A stretch of DNA of 63,990 bases, the filler included, from Basidioascus undulatus (lineage: Eukaryota), in NCBI GenBank assembly GCA_000826855.1. It is 3 parts of 3 records of this genome, joined end to end, with 100 filler letters (N's around TTAATTAATTAA, not from the genome) between each part and the next. Parts side by side here need not be neighbours in the genome. Positions count along the whole stretch, not along the records: positions 43,068 to 63,990 come from JTLS01000355.1; 2 more parts are not named here. One strand, 5' to 3'. Positions 63,372-63,990 of this stretch are shown here, piece by piece. Position numbers and translations under genes: made by a program. The notes beneath the pieces were generated by a model. It was not told where the DNA came from. It did no database searches and was given only the letters and a program-made list of their open reading frames with translations. Positions within the stretch are counted from its first letter, which is position 1. Every line of letters begins with the position of its first letter.

Positions 63372-63990
63372 TCACGAAATGTCCAGCCCCATCTGCCAGA
63401 ACCCGGCCTCGAGGTCGCAACACCGCGTGAAGATCTGGGAAAGCTTCTTGAGGCCTTCGGGAGAAGGCGGGTCGAGAGCCGCGCGTCGCTCGAGCGAGGC
63501 TGCGGACAGGAAGCGAAGGCGGGACTGAGCAGCGGAGTAGGGGAAGGCAAAGCTGCGGAGAACGTACCAATACCGGCCACAAGCGCTTGCTGGTAGTCGT
63601 CCCCGGCGTAATCCTCGATCCATCTGCGCACCCACCCTCCCGCAAGTCAGACGGAAATCTTTCTGGTCCAGGCAAACAGCACCGCAAGCGCGACGCACCG
63701 CCAGTACGGGTTCCCCTCCTTCTTAACTTTCACGCCCGGCGCGATCTCGCCGCCCTCCTCGCCGAGGCGCTTGAGCTTGAGCCCGACCTCGCCGTACCCG
63801 AGCAGGCAGGACGCGACGGCGACGAGGAGGTCGAGGAGCGTGCCGCTGTGGCCGACGTCGGCGAGGTAGCGCGTGTACGCGATCGAGTGCGTCGACTCGG
63901 GCGTGGAGAGCAGGTCGGGCAGGGTGATGCCCCAGGTCGCGCAGAACTGACGACGAAGAGAAGGGGGGGGATGAGTGAGAAGGCGGGAGG
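63372..63990 (-). CDS. TenA/THI-4 (thiaminase II) domain, probably the C-terminus of a THI20-type thiamine biosynthesis protein; 5' part outside the window
   Basis: FCATWGI...TPESTHSIAYTRYLADVGHSGTLLDLLVAVASCLLGYGEVG...EGNPYW/RWIEDYAGDDYQ...FTRCCDLEAGFWQMGL. Confidence 0.88.

Overview
Intron-rich, GC-rich fungal nuclear DNA. It is a basidiomycete, and the QCR8/TOM70 sequence style suggests a lineage outside the Agaricales (inference). Two 100-nt spacers (N44-TTAATTAATTAA-N44, at 21477-21576 and 42968-43067) split the window into three pieces whose true adjacency is unproven. Recognisable housekeeping genes, spliced by eye: cupin, TOM70, Rab4/Ypt4, QCR8, MRE11, external NADH dehydrogenase, TOF1/timeless, DUF2461 (partial), MP88-like GPI mannoprotein, BTB protein, glutamate 5-kinase, D-lactate dehydrogenase, an arrestin, adenylate kinase, eIF2A, a TenA/THI20-type gene (partial) and tRNA-Ala(CGC). 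Between them lie several disrupted accessory genes: GH5 exo-glucanase, BCS1-like AAA ATPase, two related F-box genes, a SET-like remnant and others. The most unusual signals are: (1) two long QCR8 introns that fold into multi-helix structures with G-U pairs on the transcribed strand; (2) a Rab4 intron with a 322-nt stretch lacking any AG; (3) a structured non-coding island next to tRNA-Ala with a 1.5-copy telomere-repeat sequence and an Sm-site motif; (4) an intact xylulokinase-fold gene that has lost its catalytic motifs; (5) an Agaricomycete-looking arrestin; and (6) repeat-rich secreted proteins. CDS coordinates are start-to-stop spans including introns. No database searches or folding programs were run.
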